Source: an uncultured bacterium (GTDB taxonomy: Bacteria; Bacillota; Clostridia; Oscillospirales; CAG-272). Taken from it: DNA of 64,000 bases. The position numbers and the translations under genes were made by a program. Below, piece by piece: positions 49,060 to 57,938 of this stretch (positions within the stretch are counted from its first letter, which is position 1; each line of letters opens with the position of its first letter). The stretch is taken from contig CASDOQ010000014.1 of the NCBI GenBank assembly GCA_949282345.1, forward strand, positions 2,567-66,566. Reading direction: 5' to 3'. The notes below the pieces were generated by a model. That model did no database searches and was not told the DNA's origin. It saw only the letters and a program-made list of their open reading frames with translations.

Positions 49060-50085
49060 TTACTTTTTATTTTCGTCTTTTCCGGTCAGGCGGAGGAAGA
49101 TCTCCTCCAGATCCGCCCCGATGGGAGAAAGTTCAAGGATCGGAAAGCGGGAGGCGGCGCAAAGGCTGAAAACGGCCCGGCGGCCATCCACTCCGCGGTC
49201 GAATTCAATGGCCAGTTCGGTCTCCTCGGACGAGACCCGGCGCAACAGCTCTGCCTTTGCGATGCCGGTCTTCCCCGAGAGCGCACGGAGCAATTCATCT
49301 GCCGGAGCGGCGATACGGTATCGGTAACGCGGCCGGTCGTTGATCAGCCCGGCGAGATCTTCGGTCTTTTGGTTGGCGATCACGTGCCCGCGGTTCATGA
49401 TGACGATGCGTTCGCAGACCGCTTGCACCTCGGAGAGAATATGGGTCGAAAGAATGACGGTGTGCCGACGTCCCAGCGTGCGGATCAGACTGCGCACTTC
49501 AATGATCTGCTTGGGATCGAGGCCGACGGTCGGCTCGTCGAAGATCAGCACCGGCGGATCCCCGACCAGCGCTTCCGCCATCCCGACGCGCTGACGGTAT
49601 CCCTTGGAAAGATTGCGGATCAGCCGGTCGGCCACCTCGGTGATCCGGACGCCCTGCATGATATCGGCCAGGTGTGCTTCGCGGTCGAGGTTGCATTTTT
49701 TGAGTGAGAAGACAAAATGCAGATATTCGCGTACGGTCATGTCGGGATAGAGTGGCGGTTGTTCCGGCAGGTAGCCGATCTGCTTTTTCGCTTCGCCCGG
49801 GGAGGTAAGAATGTCCACTCCGCCGATCATGGCCTGTCCGCCATCGGCCGACAGGTAGCCGGTCAGAATATTCATGGCGGTGCTTTTTCCCGCGCCGTTC
49901 GGCCCCAAAAGCCCCACGACCTCTCCGCGGCCGATCTCCAACGATACGTCGTCGAGCGCGACCAGCCCGCCGTAACGCTTGGTCAGATGCGAAAGGCATA
50001 CGATCGGGGCGTTTTTCTCTTCTTTCGGTTTTTTTATCGTTTCTTCCATAGATTCATGCCGGCGCCGCCGCTCTCCTTTACGCAT
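49060..50085 (-). CDS. ABC transporter ATP-binding protein
   Basis: Walker A GPNGAGKST, signature LSKGYRQR, Walker B VLIFDEPTVGLD. The start is uncertain (ATG 50085 or ATG 50049); neither has a well-spaced SD. Confidence 0.85.
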   Translation of the reverse strand: MRKGERRRRHESMEETIKKPKEEKNAPIVCLSHLTKRYGGLVALDDVSLEIGRGEVVGLLGPNGAGKSTAMNILTGYLSADGGQAMIGGVDILTSPGEAKKQIGYLPEQPPLYPDMTVREYLHFVFSLKKCNLDREAHLADIMQGVRITEVADRLIRNLSKGYRQRVGMAEALVGDPPVLIFDEPTVGLDPKQIIEVRSLIRTLGRRHTVILSTHILSEVQAVCERIVIMNRGHVIANQKTEDLAGLINDRPRYRYRIAAPADELLRALSGKTGIAKAELLRRVSSEETELAIEFDRGVDGRRAVFSLCAASRFPILELSPIGADLEEIFLRLTGKDENKK

Positions 50086-50412
50086 ATATTATTTATTTTG
50101 GTAGGATTATTATGCCGATACAGTATAACATAAGTTTGTGAATATCCTGTGAATAAAGCGGGGGTTCTCTCTGTTTTTCCAATGACGCGACGCTTTTTGT
50201 GCGGGTCAACCGGCCGGGATCGCGGACGGGGCAAAAGCGCTGGGACGGCGGAGACGCCCGTGAAGCAAGATCTCCGTGCGGCGAATAGCGAAAATTTTAA
50301 GAAAATGCGTTTGATTTATGCGAAAAAAGTGCGAAACACCCCGAAAAAGGCGGTGGGAGGGGTGGACTCTCCCAAAAAAGAGAAAGTTTCCGGAAAATCC
50401 GACGGGCGCGAG

Positions 50413-50445
50413 AGAAAAAGCCCCTGTTCCGCGGGGACAGGGGGC
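50413..50445 (-). terminator. Rho-independent terminator
   Basis: 11-bp stem gcccctgttcc / ggggacagggg-c region (50420-50445). On the minus strand it is followed by ttttt. Confidence 0.7.
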
Positions 50446-50478
50446 GTGGAAACGGCATGAACGTAAAAAAGCGCGAGC

Positions 50479-50518
50479 GGTTCCCGCGCTTTGCGGACGG
50501 TTCCTGCGCTTTGCGGAC
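50479..50518. repeat. 20-bp tandem duplication
   Basis: ggttcccgcgctttgcggac / ggttcctgcgctttgcggac. Confidence 0.9.
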
Positions 50519-50538
50519 GGAACCTTTCTGCGTTTCGG

Positions 50539-50841
50539 TCAGGGGGACGGCGGGGGTGTTCCCTGGAGCGGGGACGCGAGGGGATCTTCGGTCTCAAGGC
50601 GGAAATCATCGTAAAGGGCAAGCAACGTGCAAGGAGTGACTCCCCCACGGATGATCATCCGGAAAAAGCAACGGGCTTCTTCCCCTTTCTGCGGAAAAGC
50701 GCCGCTTGTTTCACTGCGGCTGGCCGCCGGGCCGTCCGCGTCCGCACGCACATACCATAAATCGGTTTGCGGGTCCTGGCAAAGAGAGTAGGTGACCGAC
50801 AGATCTCCCACGAAGGTGTGGAACTTTTCTTTGATGTTCAT
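50539..50841 (-). CDS. small hypothetical protein (C-terminal ...GGVTPCTLLALYDDF resembles what I recall as DUF6514)
   Basis: 100 aa, with SD aaaggagatgaattATG and a terminator downstream. Confidence 0.6.
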   Translation of the reverse strand: MNIKEKFHTFVGDLSVTYSLCQDPQTDLWYVRADADGPAASRSETSGAFPQKGEEARCFFRMIIRGGVTPCTLLALYDDFRLETEDPLASPLQGTPPPSP

Positions 50842-51270
50842 AATTCATCTCCTTTTCGCTGATATCATAGCAAAAGAAAAGTAAAAAGTTTGTCAAAAAA
50901 GCTATCATGCCCTCTGCCCGACTTGAAAATATTTCCATGCTTTTTCCAGCTTGTTTTGTAAATCGCGGAAGGAGAGGAATTTTAGTGATTATTTATACGA
51001 TTTTATACGATATTTTTTGTCAAAAAGATAAATAGATGGGAGGCACGGAAGAGATTGTGTGATGACAGAGGGTTGCGAAAAATGCTATGATAGCAGTGGG
51101 AAAGGGGAAAAAAGAAAAGAAAATAGCGAAAACCTGAAAGGATCCCACAATTTTTATGGGGGATCCCCCTGCGACATACGGGTTTTGCGGCGCGATTGAT
51201 CTTTTCGCTCGATCGCCTTTCCGAATAGGGCAGAATGAATAAATATATGGAAAAAATACAGGAGGATGCG

Positions 51271-51531
51271 ATGAAAAAAAGACTATCACCGCGAATTCGC
51301 TTTTGCGCGGGGACGTGGAAGATCCTGGCGGTGGGGATTGTACCGATTTTTTTGGCACTGGTATACATAGGTTACGCGCGATTTTTTGCTCCGGCAGGAT
51401 ATGCTTTCGGCGCAGAATGGCAGATGCGATATCAGGGGTTTCTTTACGATTCGGTGGGGTTGAGCCTTTTGCTCCTCTTCGGCGGGGCGGCCGTCCGGGA
51501 ATATGCCGAGCGCCACGATCCCCGCGACTGA
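51271..51531 (+). CDS. small hypothetical membrane protein
   Basis: 86 aa from ATG 51271 (SD caggaggatgcgATG), with two hydrophobic helices. Confidence 0.5.
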   Translation: MKKRLSPRIRFCAGTWKILAVGIVPIFLALVYIGYARFFAPAGYAFGAEWQMRYQGFLYDSVGLSLLLLFGGAAVREYAERHDPRD

Positions 51532-52318
51532 GCCCCGCTTAACCGTGTGAAAGCACGCGATCACCGGGAGAAAAGGCGGAGATGTCCCCCGGCGGACGGA
51601 ATCCGGCGCGCCCGCGCGAAAGCACGGGGCGGCTGTGCGGGCGGCGGTTTCAACTCCGGCGGCAGAAAAAGAGCGGAAAAAAGTCTTTTGTGGTTTTTTA
51701 TTCAGCTCTATGGGGGATCCGGGAGTGTCGGAGACGACCTGTCGGCCGGGGGAAACGATCCTGCGCGCGGCGCGGAGAAAACAAAAGACGTGGGCGGGCA
51801 CGAGCGGCAAAACGCGGCGCGCAGGAAGCGCCGGGGGAATCGGGTGCCGAAAAAAAACGAAGCCGTGGACGGCGGCGCGGGAGAAAAGAAAAAAGAAGGA
51901 AAAGGCGGCGGTGCGCGGCGGGGAGATTGGCAAAAAAGAGGGGGGCGGCTGTAAGAGGCAAAAAGGCGGCGTGGCGGAAGAAGTTTGCGGCGGGAAGCGG
52001 CAGGGAAAGAGAGGGCGAGCGAAAAAACGGCAAAAACGCGGCACTTTCGGTGTAAAGGCGGCAGAACGCAAAGGCGGCAGAACGCAAAGGCGGCAGAACG
52101 TAAAGGCGGCAGAACATAAAGGCGGCAGAACATAAAGGCGGCAGAACGCAAAGAGACGGCGCCCGACGGTCGGGCCCGGAGAAAAAACGCCCGGTATAAA
52201 GAAGAAAAGCGAAGGAAAGAAGGATCTGTTAAGAAAGACCGAAACGAGCGAAGAAACAGTCTGATGACAGGTGCGAAAAGATCGAAAGACGGCTACGGCC
52301 GTTTTTTTGTTTTTTCTC
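51532..52318 (+). other. ~790-bp purine-rich tract with no convincing gene; T-depleted on the + strand in 51781-52260
   Basis: By hand count there are about 29 T in the 480 nt from 51781 to 52260 (~6%). ORFs are open in all six frames only because stop codons cannot form. No SD or start context. It ends at a weak hairpin plus T7 (52288-52310). Confidence 0.7.
52054..52156. repeat. 16-bp tandem array, about 6.5 copies
   Basis: aaaggcggcagaacgc x6 head-to-tail (52054-52149; the last two bases vary gc/gt/at) plus a partial seventh copy. No spacers. Confidence 0.95.
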
Positions 52319-52347
52319 TTGACAGGCGGGTGGGGGAAGAGTATAAT
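52319..52347 (+). promoter_or_regulatory. consensus sigma-70 promoter of the MarR/ABC operon
   Basis: TTGACA (52319-52324), 17 nt, TATAAT (52342-52347). Confidence 0.8.
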
Positions 52348-52348
52348 A

Positions 52349-52362
52349 GTTAATACGTTAAC
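52349..52362. promoter_or_regulatory. inverted repeat GTTAA-N4-TTAAC (candidate MarR operator)
   Basis: gttaatacgttaac lies immediately downstream of the -10, around the expected transcription start. Confidence 0.5.
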
Positions 52363-52439
52363 AATAAACCTGTTTACGGTTTGCCTGACGGGGGGACGGA
52401 CTTTGAATCGCCCCCGGCGGCCGTGGGAAAGGAGAAAAA

Positions 52440-52976
52440 ATGAAAGAGTCGATCGTTTTCCCGCCCTGGGAGGAGAGCCGACGGATGCGCCTGGTCCACG
52501 ACACCATCCATCGATTCATGTATGTGGATCGCCTGCATCGGCAGGCCTTCGACGGGTTGCTTGGGAATCTCGGCATTCATCGTTCCGCACATCGGATCCT
52601 GGTCTATATTCAACGGAACGGGCCGGTATACTCGCAAAAGGAGATCGCCCGGCATTTTGACATCAGCGCGGCGGCGGTGGCGGCGGCCATGCGCAGGCTG
52701 GAGGCGGATGGATACCTGAGCCGTTGCGTACCGGACGAGGATACCCGGCGGCGGGAGGTGCGCATTACCCCGGCCGGCGAGGCCCTGCTCGAGCGGACAA
52801 GGCAGATCTTTTCCTCGGTGGACGAGGCCATGTTCCGTGATTTTTCGGATGAAGAGCTGCTCGCTCTGACGGCCGAGCTTGACAGATTACAGGCGTCTCT
52901 TGTTTCGCTTTTGCGCGAACGGGAAGACGGACGCGGGGACTTTTTCGGAAAAGACCCCGGGGAGGAGAAAGAATGA
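52440..52976 (+). CDS. MarR-family transcriptional regulator
   Basis: Winged-HTH region SQKEIARHFDISAAAVAAAMRRLEADGYLSR...DTRRREVRITPAG. SD ggaaaggagaaaaaATG. Confidence 0.85.
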   Translation: MKESIVFPPWEESRRMRLVHDTIHRFMYVDRLHRQAFDGLLGNLGIHRSAHRILVYIQRNGPVYSQKEIARHFDISAAAVAAAMRRLEADGYLSRCVPDEDTRRREVRITPAGEALLERTRQIFSSVDEAMFRDFSDEELLALTAELDRLQASLVSLLREREDGRGDFFGKDPGEEKE

Positions 52977-54724
52977 AAAGATTTCTGAAATACGCAAAGC
53001 CCTACCGGGCGGCTTTCTTGCTGGGGCCGCTCTGCATGATTGTCGAGTCGGTCGGGGAGATCCTCCTGCCGTTCCTTTTGCAACTGATCTACGGACGTGT
53101 GGAAGCCCCGACGTCCTCTTCTTCTGCCGATATCGGGTATATCCTGCTGATTGCCGGGGCGATGTTCCTTCTTTCGCTCTGTATGATGGCCGGCGGGGTC
53201 GGCGGGGCCTATTTCGGCTCGCGCGCTTCGGTCGGTTTTGCGGCCGATCTGCGTACCGATATATATATAAAGGTACAGAGTTTTTCCTTTGCCAACATCG
53301 ACCGTTTTCATCCCGGCTCGCTGATCACCCGGCTGACAAATGATGTGACCCAGTTGCAGAACTTCGTCAATATGCTCCTGCGGATGTGCCTGCGCGCGCC
53401 GATAATGCTGGTAGGGGCGCTGGTCATGGCCATTGCCCTGCGCCCCGATCTCTCGGTCATCCTCCTGATCTCGGTCCCGCTGCTTGCGGGACTGCAGTAT
53501 CTCATCGTCCGCGTGGGGTTCCCGCGGTTCCGGAATATGCAGGCGCGCATCGACCGACTGAACGAGACGGTGCAGGAGTCGCTGACCAACGTGCGGGTGG
53601 TAAAATCCTTCGTCCGGGAGGAGCATGAAAAGGAAAAGTTCGCCGAGGCAAACGACAGACTGATGGAATACAATCTGAAAGCCATGAACGTCATGCTCTT
53701 CACCCAGCCGATGATGATGCTGATCATGAACGGGACGATGCTGGCGGTTCTCCTGATCGGCGGGCGGCAGGTCGCCGCCTCGGCCATGGAGGCTGCCACG
53801 CTGGCCACCTTCCTGACCTATATCACCCAGATCCTTTTCTCGCTCATGATGATGACCATGCTCTTTATGAACAGCTCGCGCGCGCTGGCCAGCGCCGGGC
53901 GGATCCGCGAGGTGATGGAGGAAGAGATCAGCCTGACCGACGAGGGGGCCGCCCATCCCGAAAAGAAGGTCACGCGCGGCGAGATCGAAATCCGGGACGT
54001 CTCCTTCCGCTATTATAAAAACAGCGAAGATCCCGTGCTTTCCCATGTCAGCCTGCAAATCGGCGCGGGGGAAACGGTGGGGATCATCGGTTCGACCGGT
54101 TGCGGGAAGACCACGCTGGTCTCGCTCATCCCGCGCCTCTACGATGTCGACAGCGGTTCGGTGCTGATCGACGGCGTCGACGTGCGGGATTACAGCCTGC
54201 ACGAATTGCGCGACGGCATCGGGATGGTCTTGCAGAAGAACGTCCTCTTCTCGGGAAAGATCTCCGACAATCTGCGCTGGGGAGATGAGGATGCAACCGA
54301 GGAAGAGATGCGCGCCGCGGCCGCGGCCGCCCAGGCGGATGGCTTTATTTCCTCTTTCCCGGGCGGATACGACGCCGCTATCGCGCAGGGGGGACAGAAC
54401 GTTTCCGGCGGGCAGAAGCAACGTCTTTGCCTGGCGCGCGCCCTGCTCCGCCGTCCGAAGATCCTGATCCTTGACGATTCAACCAGCGCCGTGGACACCG
54501 CCACCGAGGCGCGCATCCGGCAGATGCTGGCCTCAAAACTTCCCGATACGACCAAGATCATCATTGCGCAAAGGATCGGCTCGGTGCAGAACGCCGACCG
54601 GATCGTGGTGATGGACGGCGGCCGCGTGACCGGCATCGGCACGCATGAGGAACTGCTGCGGGAGAATCAGGAATACCGCGAGATCTACGAATCGCAGCAG
54701 GGCGGAAAGGAGGCGGCTGTCTGA
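52973..54724 (+). CDS. ABC exporter half-transporter (permease + ATPase), subunit 1
   Basis: Six-TM domain, Walker A GSTGCGKTT, signature VSGGQKQR, Walker B ILILDDSTSAVD. Its ATG overlaps the marR stop. Confidence 0.9.
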   Translation: MKRFLKYAKPYRAAFLLGPLCMIVESVGEILLPFLLQLIYGRVEAPTSSSSADIGYILLIAGAMFLLSLCMMAGGVGGAYFGSRASVGFAADLRTDIYIKVQSFSFANIDRFHPGSLITRLTNDVTQLQNFVNMLLRMCLRAPIMLVGALVMAIALRPDLSVILLISVPLLAGLQYLIVRVGFPRFRNMQARIDRLNETVQESLTNVRVVKSFVREEHEKEKFAEANDRLMEYNLKAMNVMLFTQPMMMLIMNGTMLAVLLIGGRQVAASAMEAATLATFLTYITQILFSLMMMTMLFMNSSRALASAGRIREVMEEEISLTDEGAAHPEKKVTRGEIEIRDVSFRYYKNSEDPVLSHVSLQIGAGETVGIIGSTGCGKTTLVSLIPRLYDVDSGSVLIDGVDVRDYSLHELRDGIGMVLQKNVLFSGKISDNLRWGDEDATEEEMRAAAAAAQADGFISSFPGGYDAAIAQGGQNVSGGQKQRLCLARALLRRPKILILDDSTSAVDTATEARIRQMLASKLPDTTKIIIAQRIGSVQNADRIVVMDGGRVTGIGTHEELLRENQEYREIYESQQGGKEAAV

Positions 54725-56703
54725 TGGCACGCACACTCGAAGAATTGCAGAAGCTGTATAACACCGCCGCCCCCGACAAAAAAGGCGGGATGCGCCCCGG
54801 CCCCGGACGTGGCCCCGGCTCCGGACGTGGCCCTGGCCCCGGGGGACACGGCCCCGGCGGGAAACCCAAGAATCTCCGGGCGACCCTTGGTCGGCTTTTT
54901 GGGTATATCGGTCCTTATAAATATCTCTTTATTCCGGTCTTTCTCTGCCTTCTGATCTCGACGTTCACGTCGCTTTCGTCCACGTATCTGCTCTCCCCGA
55001 TCCTTGACCGGTTGGCCGGTACGCCGGTCGAAAGCGGGAACCTTGCCGCTGGACTCATCGAGCGGCTGTCGCTCCTTCTCTTCCCGACCGACGGCGTGCT
55101 GGAATACCTCACGGCGGGGCTGGTCCTCCTCGGGGGCGTCTATCTGCTCTCGTCGGTCTGTACCTACGCGCAGAGCAAGATCATGCTGAAGATCTCCCAG
55201 CGCGCCCTGCACCGAATGCGGCGCGACCTTTTCGACCACATCGAGACGCTCCCCCTCCGCTACCACGATACGCACCCGACCGGCGAGACGATGAGCCGCT
55301 TCACGAACGATGTCGATAACGTCGGCACGATGCTGGACAGTTCGATCGTCAGCGTGGTCTCGGGGCTGGCGACGATCGCCGGAACGCTGACCTTTATGCT
55401 GGCGACCAACCTGATCCTTTCGCTGATCACGGTCGTCTTCGTTCCGCTCTTCAGTTTTGCCGGGATGGCGATCGCCAAAAAAAGCAGACGCTATTACAGC
55501 GGTCAGCAGGCCGCCCTCGGCGCGGTGAACGGCTATATCGAAGAGTCGGTCAGCGGGCAGCGCGTCGTCAAGGTCTTCAACCATGAAGAAGAATGCGTGA
55601 AGGAGTTTTCCACGCTCAATGACGATTTGCGCGGCAAGCAGTTCCACGCGCAGTTCTACGGCAGTATCATGGGGCCGGTCATGGGCAACCTCTCCAAGCT
55701 GAGTTACGTGCTGACGGCCGGGGTCGGCGGTCTGCTTTGTATTCTGACGACCGCCGGGACGATCGTTTCCCCGAGCGCTCTGGCGCTCACTTTCGGCGGG
55801 CTCTATGCTTTCGTCAACTACACGAACCACTTTTCCCGTCCTGTCAACGAAGTCTCGATGCAGATGACGTCGGTCTTTTCCGCGCTGGCGGGGGCCGAGC
55901 GCGTCTTTGCCGTGCTGGACGAACGACCCGAGCCGCCCGATCTGCCCGACGCGGTCCCAGCGGAGAACCTGTCCGGGCGGGTCGAACTGCGTGACGTCAG
56001 TTTCGGCTATCTGCCGGGCAAGACCGTGCTCTCGCATATCAGCCTCACCGTGGAACCGGGGCAGAAGATCGCCTTTGTCGGTTCTACCGGGGCGGGGAAG
56101 ACCACCGTGACGAATCTTTTGAATCGCTTTTACGACGTGGACGAGGGGAGCATCCTGATCGACGGGCGTGACATCCGCACCTATCAGCGCGACTCCCTGC
56201 GCCGGAATATCGCCATGGTACTGCAGGATACGCATCTCTTCAGCGGTACGGTCATGGAAAATATCCGCTACGGCCGCCCAGACGCCACTGACGAAGAGGT
56301 GATCGCCGCCGCGAAGACCGCCTCGGCGCACAGCTTCATCATGCGTCTTTCGGACGGGTACGCGACCCGCCTGCAAGGCGACGGCGCCAACCTTTCGCAA
56401 GGTCAGCGTCAGCTCCTCAACATTGCCCGCGCCGCCCTCTCCCGCAGTCCGATCCTCGTGCTGGATGAGGCGACCAGCTCGGTCGATACCCGCACCGAGC
56501 GGCATATCGAGCACGGCATGGACCGACTGATGAAAAACCGCACGACCTTCGTCATCGCTCATCGGCTTTCCACGGTGAAAAACGCGGACGTCATCTACGT
56601 CCTTGAACACGGAGAGATCATGGAAGCCGGCAATCACGACAGCCTCCTTTCCCTGCACGGACGCTACTATGAACTCTACACGGGGGTCAAAGAACTCGAC
56701 TGA
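54724..56703 (+). CDS. ABC exporter half-transporter, subunit 2 (Gly/Pro-rich N-terminal tail)
   Basis: Walker A GSTGAGKTT, signature LSQGQRQL, Walker B ILVLDEATSSVD, N-terminal GPGRGPGSGRGPGPGGHGPGG. TGATG overlap with subunit 1. Confidence 0.9.
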   Translation: MARTLEELQKLYNTAAPDKKGGMRPGPGRGPGSGRGPGPGGHGPGGKPKNLRATLGRLFGYIGPYKYLFIPVFLCLLISTFTSLSSTYLLSPILDRLAGTPVESGNLAAGLIERLSLLLFPTDGVLEYLTAGLVLLGGVYLLSSVCTYAQSKIMLKISQRALHRMRRDLFDHIETLPLRYHDTHPTGETMSRFTNDVDNVGTMLDSSIVSVVSGLATIAGTLTFMLATNLILSLITVVFVPLFSFAGMAIAKKSRRYYSGQQAALGAVNGYIEESVSGQRVVKVFNHEEECVKEFSTLNDDLRGKQFHAQFYGSIMGPVMGNLSKLSYVLTAGVGGLLCILTTAGTIVSPSALALTFGGLYAFVNYTNHFSRPVNEVSMQMTSVFSALAGAERVFAVLDERPEPPDLPDAVPAENLSGRVELRDVSFGYLPGKTVLSHISLTVEPGQKIAFVGSTGAGKTTVTNLLNRFYDVDEGSILIDGRDIRTYQRDSLRRNIAMVLQDTHLFSGTVMENIRYGRPDATDEEVIAAAKTASAHSFIMRLSDGYATRLQGDGANLSQGQRQLLNIARAALSRSPILVLDEATSSVDTRTERHIEHGMDRLMKNRTTFVIAHRLSTVKNADVIYVLEHGEIMEAGNHDSLLSLHGRYYELYTGVKELD

Positions 56704-56725
56704 TAAAGTATTGTTTACAAAAACA

Positions 56726-56761
56726 GCCGCCTCTACGGATCGTAGAGGCGGCATTTTCTTT
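56726..56761 (+). terminator. Rho-independent terminator
   Basis: gccgcctctacg-gat-cgtagaggcggc followed by attttcttt. Confidence 0.85.
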
Positions 56762-56830
56762 CGTAGAGAGGCAGTTGCATCTCTCTACTCCGCTGCGCGG
56801 CGGCGTTTCCCTGCCGCGGTGCCGAGTAGA

Positions 56831-56859
56831 TTGCATAAAGCGGCCGGCCGCCGTAGAAT
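56831..56859 (+). promoter_or_regulatory. sigma-70 promoter of the thioesterase gene
   Basis: TTGCAT (56831-56836), 17 nt, TAGAAT (56854-56859). Confidence 0.65.
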
Positions 56860-56979
56860 AATAGCAAGAGAAGCAGCCGCACCCGATGCGGCGAAGTCCC
56901 TGCCCGGCGTAAAACGAAAGCCGGCGGTTGGGAGAAGGTAATTTGCGGCCGGCGGGAAGCCCCGGCAGAAGGAGACGCT

Positions 56980-57771
56980 ATGGAAACGAATGTACGCTTT
57001 GCAGAAACCGTGAAGGAGCAGGTCAAAGAGATAACTCCGCCGAGCATCCTCAAACAGACCCTTCCGCTCTATCCCTGCTTTTGCGGGGCGGATAAATGCC
57101 TTTCTCTGGTCGGGGCCTTTTCTCTGGTGCTGGCGGGAGCCGCCATGCACTGCGAACTGATCGGGACGGGATGTGAGGAGATGAAAGCCGCGCGCCGATT
57201 CTGGCTGATGACCCGCGCCCGCATCCGCTTTTTCCGCCGCCCTAGCATGATGGAACCCGTCCGGCTGACGACCTGGCCCGGCGCGCCCCGCCATTATACC
57301 TGCGACCGCTATTATACGCTGGAGGGCGAGGACGGCTCCCCGATGGCGGAAGCGCGGAATGAGTGGGCGGTGCTGGATATCGACAGCGGTCGTCCCGTGC
57401 GCACCGAGGGGATCTACGATCCGGCGCTCAGCTTCCTGTCGACCGGCGTGCTGACCGAACCTTTTCTCCGCCAGCGCGACATCCTGACTCGGGAGGAAAC
57501 GGTGGCGCACTACCGCGTACAGCCCTCGGATATCGACTTTGGAAAGCATATGAATCACACAGTCTACCCGCGTATCATCAGCGACAGTTTTGACGTCCGG
57601 GAACAGCTTGCCACGCAGGTGGAGGAGATCGAGGTACAGTATCTGACCCCCTGCTACGAGGGCGAGGAACTGACGATCCTGCGCCGCCGCGAGGGGAATC
57701 TGTACCTGTTCTCGATCCGAAACGCGGAGGGGAAGACGGCCTTTCTGGCGACGGTGCGGGTCGCGGAATAA
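56980..57771 (+). CDS. acyl-ACP thioesterase-like (double hotdog) protein
   Basis: 263 aa, SD agaaggagacgctATG. The size and the pattern ...WLMTRARIRF...P...V.L.TWP......Y.C.R.Y.L....G....EA...WAVLD...GRP...; ...VQPSDIDFGKHMNHTVY match acyl-ACP thioesterase families. Confidence 0.7.
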   Translation: METNVRFAETVKEQVKEITPPSILKQTLPLYPCFCGADKCLSLVGAFSLVLAGAAMHCELIGTGCEEMKAARRFWLMTRARIRFFRRPSMMEPVRLTTWPGAPRHYTCDRYYTLEGEDGSPMAEARNEWAVLDIDSGRPVRTEGIYDPALSFLSTGVLTEPFLRQRDILTREETVAHYRVQPSDIDFGKHMNHTVYPRIISDSFDVREQLATQVEEIEVQYLTPCYEGEELTILRRREGNLYLFSIRNAEGKTAFLATVRVAE

Positions 57772-57869
57772 GCCCGCCCCGACAGGATCCCGGAGCTCCC
57801 CGGCAAATGCGGGGAGCCTTTCCCGGAAGATCCGAAAGATCTTTAGAAAAGTCAAAACCGTCGCGCCGC

Positions 57870-57898
57870 TTGACAAGATTCCTCCTCGGTGTTAGAAT
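57870..57898 (+). promoter_or_regulatory. sigma-70 promoter of the CE15-like gene
   Basis: TTGACA (57870-57875), 17 nt, TAGAAT (57893-57898). Confidence 0.75.
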
Positions 57899-57938
57899 AT
57901 GGGTAAAGACCTAAATTCTTTTGATCCGGGAGGAATTT

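Noticed and set aside
51003-51368. Two overlapping minus-strand ORFs (121 and 112 aa) in the AT-rich divergent promoter region.
   Set aside because: They overlap each other and the SD-supported + strand gene at 51271. They have no SD and show unusual, hydrophobic, low-complexity composition typical of AT-rich non-coding DNA.
51547-52135. Three overlapping + strand ORFs (135-166 aa, extremely basic R/K/G-rich) and three - strand ORFs in the purine-rich tract.
   Set aside because: All six frames are open only because T (or A on the other strand) is nearly absent, so stop codons cannot occur. There is no SD and no codon periodicity visible by eye, and the tandem 16-bp array would be read in shifting frames.
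52054-52156. Possible CRISPR array.
   Set aside because: The repeats are only 16 bp and directly abut one another with no unique spacers. No cas genes are in the window.
51532-52318. Replication origin or iteron-containing plasmid-like origin.
   Set aside because: I noticed no DnaA-box (TTATCCACA-like) clusters, no AT-rich unwinding element, and no dnaA, dnaN or rep gene nearby.
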